This document shows positions 19,859 through 30,197 of a stretch of DNA of 64,000 nucleotides, one piece after another. A program made the position numbers and the translations under genes. This DNA is from Candidatus Versatilivorator sp. Its GTDB lineage: Bacteria; Acidobacteriota; Terriglobia; Versatilivoradales; Versatilivoraceae. The stretch spans positions 1,824,001 through 1,888,000 of the forward strand of contig OZ242296.1 in the NCBI GenBank assembly GCA_965207735.1, in the 5' to 3' direction. Under the pieces are notes generated by a model. That model did no database searches. It was not told where the DNA came from and saw nothing but the letters and a program-made list of their open reading frames with translations. The stretch's first letter is position 1, and each line of letters begins with the position of its first letter.

Positions 19859-22152
19859 CGGGCGCATACTTGAGCCTCTACTCACAGGACCGTCCGGAAC
19901 TGGGCCGGGGGAGCGGCGCGGAGCGCATGTGCTCCTGTCCCTCGCCCGCTCACGAGGACAGAAAGCCGAGCTGCTCGGTCCAGGTGGAATCGGGAAAGTG
20001 GTTCTGCCACGGCTGCGGGGAAGGCGGCGGCGTGGTGAAGTGGCTGAGGCTCGCCCGGGGCCTGTCGGGACCGGAAGCCCTGGAAACAGCCCGGCGGCTC
20101 GGATTGGTACCGGAACACGGAGACATCATAAACAGTTCGCGGGTGAACGGAAGACTTCAGTCCGCCCCGAACGGACAGCGGCCTTACCGCCAGCCGTGTT
20201 CCGTCGAAAACGCTCCTCCGTCCGCCCTTCCGTTCCGATGCGCCGCCTGCTACCACTACCGCGCCCCGGACGGGACCGAGTACGCCCGGGTTTACCGCTA
20301 CCCCGAGAACCGGCCTGGCCGTAAGGCCGACCCTTATTCCCTGCGCAATAGGGGAGAGCACGCGGGTACCTGGACCCACCGGGCTCCGCAGAACCGCTGG
20401 CCTTACCGCGTAGAAACCCTGACTGACGCAACCCCGGTGGTGATCGTCGAAGGCGAGAAGTGCGCCGATGCCTTGGCCGGACTGGCGGAGGGATATGGAG
20501 TGCTGAGCTGGCTGGGCGGCAGCGGCGCTGTCCTGCGCACGAACTGGGACGCCCTTTCGGGGAGGGAAGTGATCCTGTGGCCGGACGCCGACGATCCGGG
20601 GCGGGAGGCGATGGCGAGGCTGGCCGGCGAGCTGGACAGGATCGGGGCGGCCGAGGTGCTGATGATCCGCCCGGAAGAGGAGCGGACCGCCGGCTGGGAC
20701 GTGGCCGACGCCATCGCGATGGAGGGTTGGGGATGGGAGGAAACCCGGCGGTATCTCCTTCAGGCCGAACCGGTCGATCAGGAAGAGTGCCGCCGGCTCA
20801 GACGGATCGCGGAGAAGGTCCTGGTGACGGCGGAGGGAATCGATCCGGATGGGATCGACTGGATCTGGGAGCCCTACCTGCCCGCCGGGGCCGTGACCCT
20901 GATGGCCGGGGCGCCCGGTTGCGGAAAGAGCTTCCTGAGCATTGCTCTGGCAGCGGAGCTGTCCCGGGGCCTGACCCCGTTTCACCGGAAGCGGACCGGG
21001 AAGGTCCCGACGGCAATCCTTTCCCTCGAGGACGATCCGGCCCGAACGATCGTTCCCCGGCTGAAGGCCTGCGGGGCCGACCTGGGTGAGATCTTGATCT
21101 TCGACTGGCGTCATCCGGAGGCGGATTCCCTGGATACGCTGTCGATGAGGGAGGGAACGGAGGGAGAGCTGCTGCGGGTCTTGCGGGAGGGAGTCAAGCT
21201 GCACGGTCTCCGGTTGGTGATCATCGACACCCTGACGGCGTTCACTCCCGCCAGGATGGACGGGCATGAGGCCGTCGCTGTCCGTCAGATGATGAAACCC
21301 ATGGCCCGGTTCGCCTCCGATTGCGGCGTGGCGGTCCTGGTGATCTGCCACGCCCGCAAGAGAAGCAGCCATGATTCGACGCACGGGGTCCAGGCGACTG
21401 TTTTGGGAAGCGTGGACTACGTGGCCGCGTGCCGGTCGGCGCTGCTGGTGCAGAAAGACCCGAAGGCGGACGAGGGGACGGCGGGCATCATGACCCATGC
21501 CAAGTGCAATTTCGGACCGTTGGGTTCCTCGCTCTCCTTCTCGATCGGCACCGACGGCTGGAAGTGGGGGGAAGAGCGGCAGGAGTCGGCCGATGAAATC
21601 GAGGAAGCGCTGCTGGCCAGGAGGGAACACAGGAGGATGAAGGAGCGGGAGGAGAGGATCAAGGCCGGGAAGGCCGAGACGAGAGCACACATTGAAGAGC
21701 GGATCCGAACCTACATGGAGCAGTACCCGGGGGAAGAGTTTTCGACCCGGGAACTGAGAGAGAACATCGAGGTCAAAAACGACACCATTGCGGGTGTGTT
21801 GCACAAGATGATGGAGGAAAAGCAGTTGATCCGCCGCAGGAAGGGCAAACAGAAGGTGTTGTGGAGCCTTGACGGTAACGGCAAGCGGCAGCGAACAAAA
21901 GACGAAGGCAATCCCTCCAAAACCGGTCCCCGTTTCTCAACCGGTCCCCAAAAATCAGAAGAAAACGGCAAGCGGTTAGTTGCTGGGAATTCAATGACTT
22001 GCCCTGTGGAAAACAAACCGGTCCCCTTGTCTCCCCCTATATACGCGCGCGCGGGGACCGGTTTGGGGGACCGGTTTTCCACAGGCGGAGAAAAAGAGCG
22101 GAAAAAAGGAAGCGGCCAGGGTCCCCCGAAACCCAAGGGGAGATCGCCATGA
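19855..22152 (+). CDS. Primase-helicase: CHC2 zinc finger + TOPRIM + AAA_25/RepA-like helicase
   Basis: CP..HED.KPS..W.CHGC; VEGEK, WPDADDPG; Walker A GAPGCGKS, Walker B VIIDT, ICH..K, KCN; ATGA overlap with alpA. Confidence 0.9.
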   Translation: MTGAYLSLYSQDRPELGRGSGAERMCSCPSPAHEDRKPSCSVQVESGKWFCHGCGEGGGVVKWLRLARGLSGPEALETARRLGLVPEHGDIINSSRVNGRLQSAPNGQRPYRQPCSVENAPPSALPFRCAACYHYRAPDGTEYARVYRYPENRPGRKADPYSLRNRGEHAGTWTHRAPQNRWPYRVETLTDATPVVIVEGEKCADALAGLAEGYGVLSWLGGSGAVLRTNWDALSGREVILWPDADDPGREAMARLAGELDRIGAAEVLMIRPEEERTAGWDVADAIAMEGWGWEETRRYLLQAEPVDQEECRRLRRIAEKVLVTAEGIDPDGIDWIWEPYLPAGAVTLMAGAPGCGKSFLSIALAAELSRGLTPFHRKRTGKVPTAILSLEDDPARTIVPRLKACGADLGEILIFDWRHPEADSLDTLSMREGTEGELLRVLREGVKLHGLRLVIIDTLTAFTPARMDGHEAVAVRQMMKPMARFASDCGVAVLVICHARKRSSHDSTHGVQATVLGSVDYVAACRSALLVQKDPKADEGTAGIMTHAKCNFGPLGSSLSFSIGTDGWKWGEERQESADEIEEALLARREHRRMKEREERIKAGKAETRAHIEERIRTYMEQYPGEEFSTRELRENIEVKNDTIAGVLHKMMEEKQLIRRRKGKQKVLWSLDGNGKRQRTKDEGNPSKTGPRFSTGPQKSEENGKRLVAGNSMTCPVENKPVPLSPPIYARAGTGLGDRFSTGGEKERKKGSGQGPPKPKGRSP
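21921..22083. repeat. Iteron-like origin candidate: 5 x AACCGGTCCCC (3 direct, 2 inverted) plus two DnaA-box-like 9-mers
   Basis: Copies at 21921, 21939, 22016 (+) and 22053, 22066 (-); TGTGGAAAA at 22005-22013 and TTTTCCACA at 22075-22083. Confidence 0.75.
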
Positions 22153-22228
22153 CCGATGCCGGCAGCGTTCACACCGGACGCCGCCCTTCGGTTGATTCGC
22201 CAAATTCCCGCAAGGAGGAAGAGCAACC

Positions 22229-22516
22229 ATGAAGTCATCTTTGTTTTCCAGCGTAGCCGTCTTTTGCCTGGGGCTCCTGCTGTTATGCCCGGGGGTGGTC
22301 TGGGCGCAGGGGACCAGTCCCTGGACAGACGCCGTGGGAGTCCTCGAAGCCGCTTTCACCGGCCCCATCGCCCGTGGCCTGTCGCTGATCGCCATTGTCG
22401 TTGGCGGCCTGATGTTCGCCTTCGGAGAAGGCGGATCGAAGAAGGCGCTGGCCGGTATCGTCTTCGGTTTGGGCATGGCCATGGGAGCGGCCAACTTCCT
22501 GGCCTGGCTGTTCTAG
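22229..22516 (+). CDS. virB2: TrbC/VirB2 conjugative pilin
   Basis: Signal peptide; SPW...FTGPIARGLSLIAIVVGGLMFAFGEGGSKK; first gene of the T4SS operon. Confidence 0.88.
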   Translation: MKSSLFSSVAVFCLGLLLLCPGVVWAQGTSPWTDAVGVLEAAFTGPIARGLSLIAIVVGGLMFAFGEGGSKKALAGIVFGLGMAMGAANFLAWLF

Positions 22517-22524
22517 GGTTTCCC

Positions 22525-22821
22525 ATGGACGGCCCGAAAATCTGGAGGGGGCATCCGACACTCAGTGCCCCCTTGAAAATGATGGGTGTCGAACGCCGCT
22601 GGTTCCTGCTGTCCGCAACGGTCGCCCTGGCGCTTTGGAACGCGATCAACTCGCTCCTTATAGGTGGCGTGATCTTCGGCGTCCTCTACACCGCCGGCCT
22701 GCTGGCCTGGAGGAAGGATCCGGCCATGCTTTCGATCCTGAAGGTCTCGGCTAGCTTCCGCGCCCGATACGACCCGGGCAAGTGGAGCAGCTTGCCCTGG
22801 GTTGTGAGAATCCGAGAATGA
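22525..22821 (+). CDS. virB3: VirB3-like membrane protein
   Basis: L..PL.MMGVERR.F, two TM helices, KDP..L, YDP; lies between virB2 and virB4. Confidence 0.8.
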   Translation: MDGPKIWRGHPTLSAPLKMMGVERRWFLLSATVALALWNAINSLLIGGVIFGVLYTAGLLAWRKDPAMLSILKVSASFRARYDPGKWSSLPWVVRIRE

Positions 22822-25238
22822 ACCTGAGAGAAGAAGCCAAGGACTTCGAGGCGGCCGGTTCCCTGGCCGACGAGCTCCCCTGGTGGGGCTGGCTCCCCGA
22901 TGGCGAGTGCCTGCTGGGCCGAAACGGCAACCTCATTGCCGTCGGTCGGCTCACTCCGGCTCCCCTGGACGGCCGCGCGCCTGTCCACCTGGACCGCGTA
23001 ATCGACCGCTGGCAACGCGCCCTGTCCAACCTCGACGACAAGATGCGGCTCTATTTCTACTTTCTCCGCCGGCCGCCGGAGATCCCGAAGCCGGTAACCG
23101 ACGCCGGCGAGGTTGTGCGCCTGTCCCAGCAGCGCCGGGGCGAGTTCCTCGCCGGCCGCGTTTCAGACGTAGCCGTCTACGTTGCTTGGTGTTATGACTC
23201 GGGCCTTCAAGCAACCAGCTCCGAGGTTGACGGCGGAGTGACAACCTGGCTGCGCCAATGGATGGCCCAGCGCAAGAAGCCCAATGAGGTTGTCTATCTC
23301 CGTCGGGCCGTGGAATCAGCCGCCGAGCAGTTTCGCCAGGCGGTCTCCGCCAGCCGCGCCCTGGTCTCCGACATCACCCCCATCGAGCTGCTTGGACCGC
23401 AGGAAGGCTCCCGGGTGCTGTCCGAACTGGTGAACCGCCCCGGAACACCCTGGCGCGGAGCCACGGGCAGCGGTCTCAACTGGCAGCTCGCCGTGTCGGA
23501 GCTCGAGGCCGAGCGGCGCTTTCTTCGCTTGGACGGTGAGCGGGCGCTGGTTTATTCCATGCTGTCCCCGCCCGGGGAGGCCAAGGCCAACTTGCTGGCC
23601 GATCTTTTCCGCCTCGATGCAACCTTGACCGTGAGCCTGGAATGGAAGCGATGGGGGCTTGACGCCGCCCGGCGGAAGATCCGCAGCGCCCAGCGCCACT
23701 ACTTCTCCAAGCGCTACTCCATGGCCGCCCACATGCAGGAGACCCAGGGAACGGCCGCCGCCATGACCGATACGGCCGCCGAGGCCGAATCGAGCCGGCT
23801 CGGCAGCGCTCTTGTCGAGCTGGAGGCCGACGGTGTCTCCTACGGCTCCATAACCTGCACCGTAACTCTCCATGGCGACTACGAGCAGATCGACCACTTG
23901 GATGCCGATGTCCGGAGGATCTTCAACACCTACGACGCCAAGGTGATCCGTGAAGGCTACGGCCAGCTCCCGGCCTGGTTCTGCCGCCTGCCCGGGCAGC
24001 CCCCCGGCCGCAACGTCCGCAGCGTCTTCGCGTCCGCCGGCCTGCTGGCCTGCCTGGCTCCAGTCTTCGGAGCTTCCACAGGCAGGCCCACCAGCAAGCA
24101 CTTGGGCCGGCCGGCCCTCGCCGTTCTGGAAACCCGGAGCAAGACCCCCTACCACTACGACCTGTTCGCCGGCGACGTGGGACACACGCTCATTCTTGGC
24201 GCGACCGGCGCCGGCAAGAGCTTCACTCTCAACTTCCTGCTGGTCTCGGCCCTCCAGTACGATCCCCGCGTCCTGATTCTCGATCTGGGCGGCTCCTACC
24301 GCTGGCTCACTTCCTTCCTGGGCGGTTCCTACCTGGAGCTTTCCCCTTCCGAGAAGGGAAGCACGACTTTCAAGCTCCGGCCGTTTTCCCTGCCCCCGAC
24401 CGAGCGCACCTGCCAATTCCTGGCCGGCTGGGTAGCGCGCCTGTTGAGGATCGGCGGCGGGGAGCTGTCCGGAGCCGACACCACCGAGATCCACGACCGC
24501 ATTGCGGATCTCTACAGGCTCCCTCCAGGCCACCGGACCCTGGGCGGCCTGGTCCGCACCCTGCCCCAGAAGATGTGGCCCCCGCTGTCCCGCTGGCACG
24601 GCTCGGGAGCCTGGGGCGCGGTCTTCGACAACCCCGCCACCGATGACGATCTCGAGCTGGCCGACTGGCAGGTGATCGACCTGGCCGGCGCGGCCGAGCA
24701 CGAGGACCTGTGCGAGGCGGCCCTTTTCTACTTGCTGGAGCGCTTGCGCCTCGCCTTGGAAGACTCGGCAGAAACCGCCCGCGTCAAGCTGATGGTTGTG
24801 GACGAGGCCTGGCGCTACCTCCGCGATCCCGCCGTGCTGTCCTACCTGGCGGAAGCCGCCAAGACCTGGAGAAAGAAGAACGCCGCCCTGATCCTGGCCA
24901 CACAGTCCGCCATCGACCTTACAGGTACCGCCGGCGCGGCGGCTCTGCTTGAGTCGCTCCCGACAAAGCTGTTTCTCGCCAATCCCGACCTGCCGTCCTC
25001 GGTCGCCGAAGTCTTTCGTTTGAACGAGGAGGAGGTTGAGGCCATCCGAGGCCTCCTGCCCAAGCGGGAAATGTACCTGCGCCGCTCCGGCGAGTTCGCC
25101 ATCCTTCGCCTCGAAGTGGACCGGCAAAGCTACTGGCTTTACACGTCCTCAGCCGTGGACGCTGAAAAGCGCTCCCGGGCCGTCGAAAAGCACGGCCTCG
25201 TGGGCGGCATCGAGCACCTTGCAAAGGGGGTACAATGA
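22818..25238 (+). CDS. virB4: VirB4-family ATPase
   Basis: DVGHTLILGATGAGKS, VVDEAW, KTWRK.N, ATQS. Confidence 0.93.
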   Translation: MNLREEAKDFEAAGSLADELPWWGWLPDGECLLGRNGNLIAVGRLTPAPLDGRAPVHLDRVIDRWQRALSNLDDKMRLYFYFLRRPPEIPKPVTDAGEVVRLSQQRRGEFLAGRVSDVAVYVAWCYDSGLQATSSEVDGGVTTWLRQWMAQRKKPNEVVYLRRAVESAAEQFRQAVSASRALVSDITPIELLGPQEGSRVLSELVNRPGTPWRGATGSGLNWQLAVSELEAERRFLRLDGERALVYSMLSPPGEAKANLLADLFRLDATLTVSLEWKRWGLDAARRKIRSAQRHYFSKRYSMAAHMQETQGTAAAMTDTAAEAESSRLGSALVELEADGVSYGSITCTVTLHGDYEQIDHLDADVRRIFNTYDAKVIREGYGQLPAWFCRLPGQPPGRNVRSVFASAGLLACLAPVFGASTGRPTSKHLGRPALAVLETRSKTPYHYDLFAGDVGHTLILGATGAGKSFTLNFLLVSALQYDPRVLILDLGGSYRWLTSFLGGSYLELSPSEKGSTTFKLRPFSLPPTERTCQFLAGWVARLLRIGGGELSGADTTEIHDRIADLYRLPPGHRTLGGLVRTLPQKMWPPLSRWHGSGAWGAVFDNPATDDDLELADWQVIDLAGAAEHEDLCEAALFYLLERLRLALEDSAETARVKLMVVDEAWRYLRDPAVLSYLAEAAKTWRKKNAALILATQSAIDLTGTAGAAALLESLPTKLFLANPDLPSSVAEVFRLNEEEVEAIRGLLPKREMYLRRSGEFAILRLEVDRQSYWLYTSSAVDAEKRSRAVEKHGLVGGIEHLAKGVQ

Positions 25239-26199
25239 TCCCAAACACCATCGCAACCATCGGCACTGGCGTCCTGACTTTCGGCCTCTGGGCTCTTGTC
25301 CTGTTCGGTGCCGACAAGGCCTCGCCGGCCGGCGAAAAGGCAGCCACTCAGCCCCTGGCGTCCTTCGCGTCCAGGCCCAACCGGACCAGATTGTCGAAGT
25401 CCGGACCAGGACCCGACACACGACGGTCCTCGTCCTGCCCCGGGGAGAAAACATCCTGGACTTCGTTGTCGGCGACTCCGACTACTGGCACCTTTCCGGC
25501 TCCGCCAACCTGGCCTATCTCAAGCCCCTCGACGAGAAGGTCCGGACCAACGTGGCTCTGGTCTGTGAAAGTGGTGCGATCTACTCATTCCTGGTGAGAG
25601 AGGCCGCCGACCCTCACCTTGTGGTGCGGATCGAAACCAAGACCGGCAACGCCGCTCCGGGCCGGCCTGCCTTTGTCGCCCGTTCGGCCATAGAGGACTA
25701 CCGGGAAATGGCCCGCGCCGCCGGCGAGGCCGCACGGGCGGCTCGCGAAGCCGCCGATCTCAGGTCCACCCGGGCCGAGGACCGAGCCGCCGGGGCCGTC
25801 AACCGGTTCAGGGCCGACTATCCCACCCGCCTGTCCTTCGCCTACCAGCTCGGCAAGAAGGCTCACGAGTGGCCCTTCCTGGTTGACGCCATGTGGCATG
25901 ACGGGCAGTTCACCTATCTCCGAAGTCGTGCCCAGGAGTCTCCCGCGATCTACGAGCTGAAGGACGGCAAGCCGAGCCTTGTCGCCTACGACCTCACTCC
26001 GGAAGGACTCTACATCGCCCGCCATGTGCTCGGGGACGGCTGGCTCCGCATCGGCAAGAAACGCGCTCGATGGCGCTTCGATCCTTCCCGCGACTTCACC
26101 CTGGCTCCCCAGAAGAAGCTCAGGCGGCTCCTGAGCGACGCCAGGCGGACCCTTGAAGGAGCCACACGCCGACCTTCCAAGGAGGAACCCAATGAGTAG
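25235..26199 (+). pseudogene. virB9: VirB9/TrbG, apparently frameshifted near 25330-25360
   Basis: The signal-peptide ORF from ATG 25235 is in a different frame from the VirB9 body (TTVLVLP.GE.I..VVGD..W, LKP, TN, WHDGQFTY, PAIY); no suitable start in the body frame after virB4. Confidence 0.7.
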
Positions 26200-27586
26200 C
26201 CAATGGAGCCGGCTCGTTGCCAAACCCGCGGGCGCGATCCCGGGCGGCCTCTTCGGACAGATTGCCGTGGCCCTGACCACCCTGCTTATCGCCGCCTTCA
26301 TCATCGCCTATGCCATCCAGGGCGGCTCGACCGAAGAAGAACCCGAGACCACGGCCGCCGAACCCGTCCTTGCCGGCGAGGGCATCCAGCGGCGTGTGGA
26401 TCACCGCATCGAGGAACAGCGCCGGCTCGAACAGCTCCGCAAAGCTGCCCAGGCCCGCGACCGCCTGCGCGCACAAATGGAGCAGTCCCGTCCGGGCCAA
26501 CAGGCGGGCCCCGGGCGGCCTGCCACGCGCACCGCCGGCATGACTCAAGGGCGAACACCCACCGGCGGCGGCCAGCCCTACGCCGGCGACGATGCGCTCG
26601 ATGGCACGATCGACGCTGAAATCGCCGAGCAGGAGCTTCTCCAGGAACTCAGACTTCAGGCCATCCGCCGCAAGCACGAGTCGCTGCGATCGGATCCGGT
26701 CTCTCTCTCCGTCAGGCCCTCACCGGGCCAGCACCGCCCGCCCCCACCTCGGGTCGGCTCCGCTCCCCGATACGGACCGGCGCCCCGAACCTCGCCCGGT
26801 CCCGAGACCGAAAACATCCGGAATTTGCTTCAGGCCACCGAAAACCTGATCGAGCTCGAGCAACAGGCCATGACTCAAGGCACAGCCCGGCCCGGCTTGC
26901 CCGCGCAGCCAGCACTGGTGCCGGCGGGGATTCCCGCCGCGGCGGCGCAAGACCAGTCGCCGGCCCATACTCCCGAGAACCCCACCAGGGTGACTACCCC
27001 TGCCGATCCGGAAGGCTTTGAACGCATCTACGAGGGGTCGTTCCTGGAAGGCGCGCTGATTACCCAACTCTCGGGAGACTTCCCCGGGCCGGCGTTGGCA
27101 CAGGTCTCCGTGCCTTTCTACTCCAACGACCGCCAGCGCGTCCTGATCCCCCGGGGAACCCGCGCGATCGGCACGGCCCAGGCTGTAACCAACCGCGACC
27201 AGACCCGCCTCGCCGTCGGTTTTCACCGCCTCGTCTTTCCCGATGGCCGCTGGGTGTCCCTCAAGTTTGAAGGCTTGGACCAGGTGGGAACGACGGCGCT
27301 CAAGGACAAGGTGAACCGACACTACGTCCAGATGTTCGCCGCAGCGGGAGCCGTCGGCATCCTGTCCGGACTCACCCTGCAGGGCAGCAATCCCTACGCA
27401 GGAGGGCTGCAGGGTTTCCGCGCCGGCGCGGGCCAGGGTTTCGGCCAGGGGGCGACCCAAATCATGCAGCGGTTCCTGAATCGCCTTCCGACAATCACGA
27501 TCCGCGCCGGCCATCGGCTCCGGATCTGGTTTACCGCCGATGTCCTGGTACCGGCAAAGGCTGATCCACAGGCGCCGAGGTTCTGA
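26192..27586 (+). CDS. virB10: VirB10/TrbI
   Basis: N-terminal TM, Pro-rich linker, EG..L..L..D..GP, VLIP.GT, RL.FPDG, KVNRHY, PTITIRAGHR. Confidence 0.9.
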   Translation: MSSQWSRLVAKPAGAIPGGLFGQIAVALTTLLIAAFIIAYAIQGGSTEEEPETTAAEPVLAGEGIQRRVDHRIEEQRRLEQLRKAAQARDRLRAQMEQSRPGQQAGPGRPATRTAGMTQGRTPTGGGQPYAGDDALDGTIDAEIAEQELLQELRLQAIRRKHESLRSDPVSLSVRPSPGQHRPPPPRVGSAPRYGPAPRTSPGPETENIRNLLQATENLIELEQQAMTQGTARPGLPAQPALVPAGIPAAAAQDQSPAHTPENPTRVTTPADPEGFERIYEGSFLEGALITQLSGDFPGPALAQVSVPFYSNDRQRVLIPRGTRAIGTAQAVTNRDQTRLAVGFHRLVFPDGRWVSLKFEGLDQVGTTALKDKVNRHYVQMFAAAGAVGILSGLTLQGSNPYAGGLQGFRAGAGQGFGQGATQIMQRFLNRLPTITIRAGHRLRIWFTADVLVPAKADPQAPRF

Positions 27587-27630
27587 TTCTCGATGCTGAA
27601 CACCAATTCAAATCCTGAAAGGAGGAAGCC

Positions 27631-28524
27631 ATGCAGTGGAAACGAATGGGAGTGATAGCCCTTAGCGTGGTCCTGGTTGCCGCGCCGGCCAGCGCGATCC
27701 CCGTCACCGATCCGGCCGCCATCGCGCAGCGAATCACCATGATGGCCAACCAGGTCTCGATCATCACCAACCAGTTGACCCAGATCCAGCAGTTCTCGGA
27801 CAAGCTCACCGAAATGAGGGACCAGGTGAGCCATCTCAAGGAGAAGGCGCTGGGAGCCTACCATTCCCTCACTTCCCCCTTCACCAGTTTGATTTCGGCA
27901 AGGACCGAGCTGGTGGGAACGGGCATGAGCTGGGTCAGTGAATTTCAAGGGACCGCCGCGCAGCTCGCCGACACCTACAAGGACCTGTCCGATGGCGTGT
28001 CCGTCCGGGGAGGATGGGACGGCCTGCTTCAGACGGCGGATACCGTCACCGAGACCGACCTGGTTGACATCTTCGTCAACCTGCCGGCTGGAGTCGGCAG
28101 CCGCGCCGGAGACCTATTCCGGCAGCAGCGGGAATCGGCCGACCGCCAGCGGGTGCTCGATCACGCCTTGGCCGATGCTTCCGGTACTCTGATCGAGTCC
28201 CTGAAGGAGGCTCAGGACGCCCTCGACAGGGTGCGGAACCAAACCGAAAAGTCCGATACCGCCCTGGCCCAGGCCAACATCACGGCCATTGCCACTCAGG
28301 CGGAGCTGATGGCCGCCCTGGCCCAGCTTCAGGCCTACCAAAGCGCCCGCGAGGCGGGCGCAAGCTATGAGCGCGAGCTGGCCCGCCGGCAGGAATTGGA
28401 GCGATGGGCCGCCGTTCTCCGCCAGTCCGAGCAGGACTTTCAGCAGGCTCAAAACGAAATTGCCGCCCTGCCGGATACCGGCGGCCGGGAAGTCCAGTTC
28501 ACCATCCATCCCCACTACCAATAG
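27631..28524 (+). CDS. VirB5/TrbJ-like protein
   Basis: Signal peptide followed by IPVTDP and Gln-rich helical body; precedes virB6. Confidence 0.65.
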   Translation: MQWKRMGVIALSVVLVAAPASAIPVTDPAAIAQRITMMANQVSIITNQLTQIQQFSDKLTEMRDQVSHLKEKALGAYHSLTSPFTSLISARTELVGTGMSWVSEFQGTAAQLADTYKDLSDGVSVRGGWDGLLQTADTVTETDLVDIFVNLPAGVGSRAGDLFRQQRESADRQRVLDHALADASGTLIESLKEAQDALDRVRNQTEKSDTALAQANITAIATQAELMAALAQLQAYQSAREAGASYERELARRQELERWAAVLRQSEQDFQQAQNEIAALPDTGGREVQFTIHPHYQ

Positions 28525-28547
28525 CGCTCAGCGCCAGGGAGTAGCCG

Positions 28548-29519
28548 ATGCCGCAGCTTACGCCAGTCACGATCCCCCCGGGGGAGGAGTGGGACGCCAA
28601 GCCGTTTTTCGACCAGGTGCTTGCCGAACTCATAGGCAATGGCGCGCCGGCAATGCAAACCGCCGGCCTGGCGATCTGGACCGGCATGGCCACCGTCATG
28701 ATCGTGTGGACCGGACTGAAGACCGCCTTCTCCGGCGATTACGACATGTGGGAGATCGTCAAGCTCGTAATCGGCCTGGGTATCCCACGGACGATGCTGG
28801 CCTTCTACGACACGCCCCTTCCGGGGACCACCATGAGCTTCCCCATGCTTATCACCGAGCAGGGCGCCTGGGCCACCAACGCCTTTATCGGCGATGCCTG
28901 GAAAGACGCCGCCACCACCCTGACCGGGGCCTACAACCACGTCTTCACTCAACTCACGGACGCCATCCGCAGCTTCGGCTATACCGATGTCTTCACCAAG
29001 GGCATTTCGTTTCTCATCGCTTCGGTCCTGGGCGGCACGTTCATGGCCATCGTTCTGGTCCTGCTGCTGCTGATGTTCTGCCTGCTCATGGCTCAGGTCA
29101 TCTGGGCGCAGTTCGCCCTGGCGGTCGCCATTCTGATCGGTCCCATCCTGATTCCCTGGATGGTCTTTCCCCCCCTGAGCTTCCTCTTCTGGGGCTGGTT
29201 CCGCACCCTGTTGACCTACACCTTCTACGGCGTCATTGCCGGGGCGGTCTTCAACATCTTCATGAACGTGGGGCTGGCTTTCCTCGACAGGCTGATCACC
29301 GTGACCTTGACCTTCGAGGACCTTTCCGGAGTGTTTCGCTGGTATCTCATCCTGTGGCCGCTGATCATCTCCGGCATCCTGGCCTCCCTGAAGGTGGGCG
29401 AGCTGGCCCAGTTGCTGGTTTCGGGAGCCGGCAGCGCGAGTGCGGGCCTCGGGACGCGAGTGCGCCAGGTCGCCATGGCCGCAAAGAGTGGCGGCGCATC
29501 CCTGGCCGTGGGGAGGTAG
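28548..29519 (+). CDS. virB6: VirB6/TrbL-like polytopic membrane protein
   Basis: Multiple TM helices with GPILIP...LFWGW motif. Confidence 0.82.
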   Translation: MPQLTPVTIPPGEEWDAKPFFDQVLAELIGNGAPAMQTAGLAIWTGMATVMIVWTGLKTAFSGDYDMWEIVKLVIGLGIPRTMLAFYDTPLPGTTMSFPMLITEQGAWATNAFIGDAWKDAATTLTGAYNHVFTQLTDAIRSFGYTDVFTKGISFLIASVLGGTFMAIVLVLLLLMFCLLMAQVIWAQFALAVAILIGPILIPWMVFPPLSFLFWGWFRTLLTYTFYGVIAGAVFNIFMNVGLAFLDRLITVTLTFEDLSGVFRWYLILWPLIISGILASLKVGELAQLLVSGAGSASAGLGTRVRQVAMAAKSGGASLAVGR

Positions 29520-29522
29520 ACG

Positions 29523-30197
29523 ATGAAAGCAGACAAGCAGGACGCCGGCAGACAGTTTGCCGACATTTGGGCTGAGGCCGTGCAGTCCAACCGCAACCTC
29601 CGCATCATCACCGTGGCTCTTGGCATGAGCCTATTCCTGGTCCTCGTCATCACGCTCCGCCTGGCCTGGCAGCCGCCTCCCAAGCCTATCGTTGTCCGCG
29701 TCGATGAGGTCGGCCGGGCCGAGGCCCTGGCCTATGAGGCGGCGACCGCCAAGGCCGATCCCCTCGACCCCACCACCAAGTATTTCCTGAACCGCTTTAT
29801 CCACGACTTCTATTCCCGAAGGACCGCGACCGTCCATGACCACTGGACGCGCAGCCTTCGCTTTCTCACGACCAACCTGGCCGACAAGGCCTTTGCCGAT
29901 TCGAGCGAGCGGATTGCCCTGGTCTCCGGTGGCTTTGCCAAGCACGAGTCCCAGGTTGAAAGCGTCGTGCTGCGGATTCACGCCGCCGAGGAGCCGCCGC
30001 ATGGAGCCACGGCGGATTTCGACCTGGTCACCCTCGCCCGCGAGCAGGAGGCCGAACGGCAGCGCTGGTCCCTGTCGCTCAAGTTCGTTTTCCTCCAGGA
30101 CGTTCCGCCCGAGCTTGTCGTCTTCAACCCCATGGGGATCATGATTACCTATCTCCAGGCCGACCGGGCGCTGGTGACCGACGAGAGGAACCGATGA
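29523..30197 (+). CDS. virB8: VirB8/TrbF
   Basis: Single TM, PIVVRVDEVGRA, C-terminal NPMGI.I. Confidence 0.85.
   Translation: MKADKQDAGRQFADIWAEAVQSNRNLRIITVALGMSLFLVLVITLRLAWQPPPKPIVVRVDEVGRAEALAYEAATAKADPLDPTTKYFLNRFIHDFYSRRTATVHDHWTRSLRFLTTNLADKAFADSSERIALVSGGFAKHESQVESVVLRIHAAEEPPHGATADFDLVTLAREQEAERQRWSLSLKFVFLQDVPPELVVFNPMGIMITYLQADRALVTDERNR

Noticed and set aside
15654-22152. Prophage or PICI interpretation
   Set aside because: No capsid, terminase, tail or packaging-interference genes are recognisable; the linked VirB/VirD4 set indicates a conjugative element.
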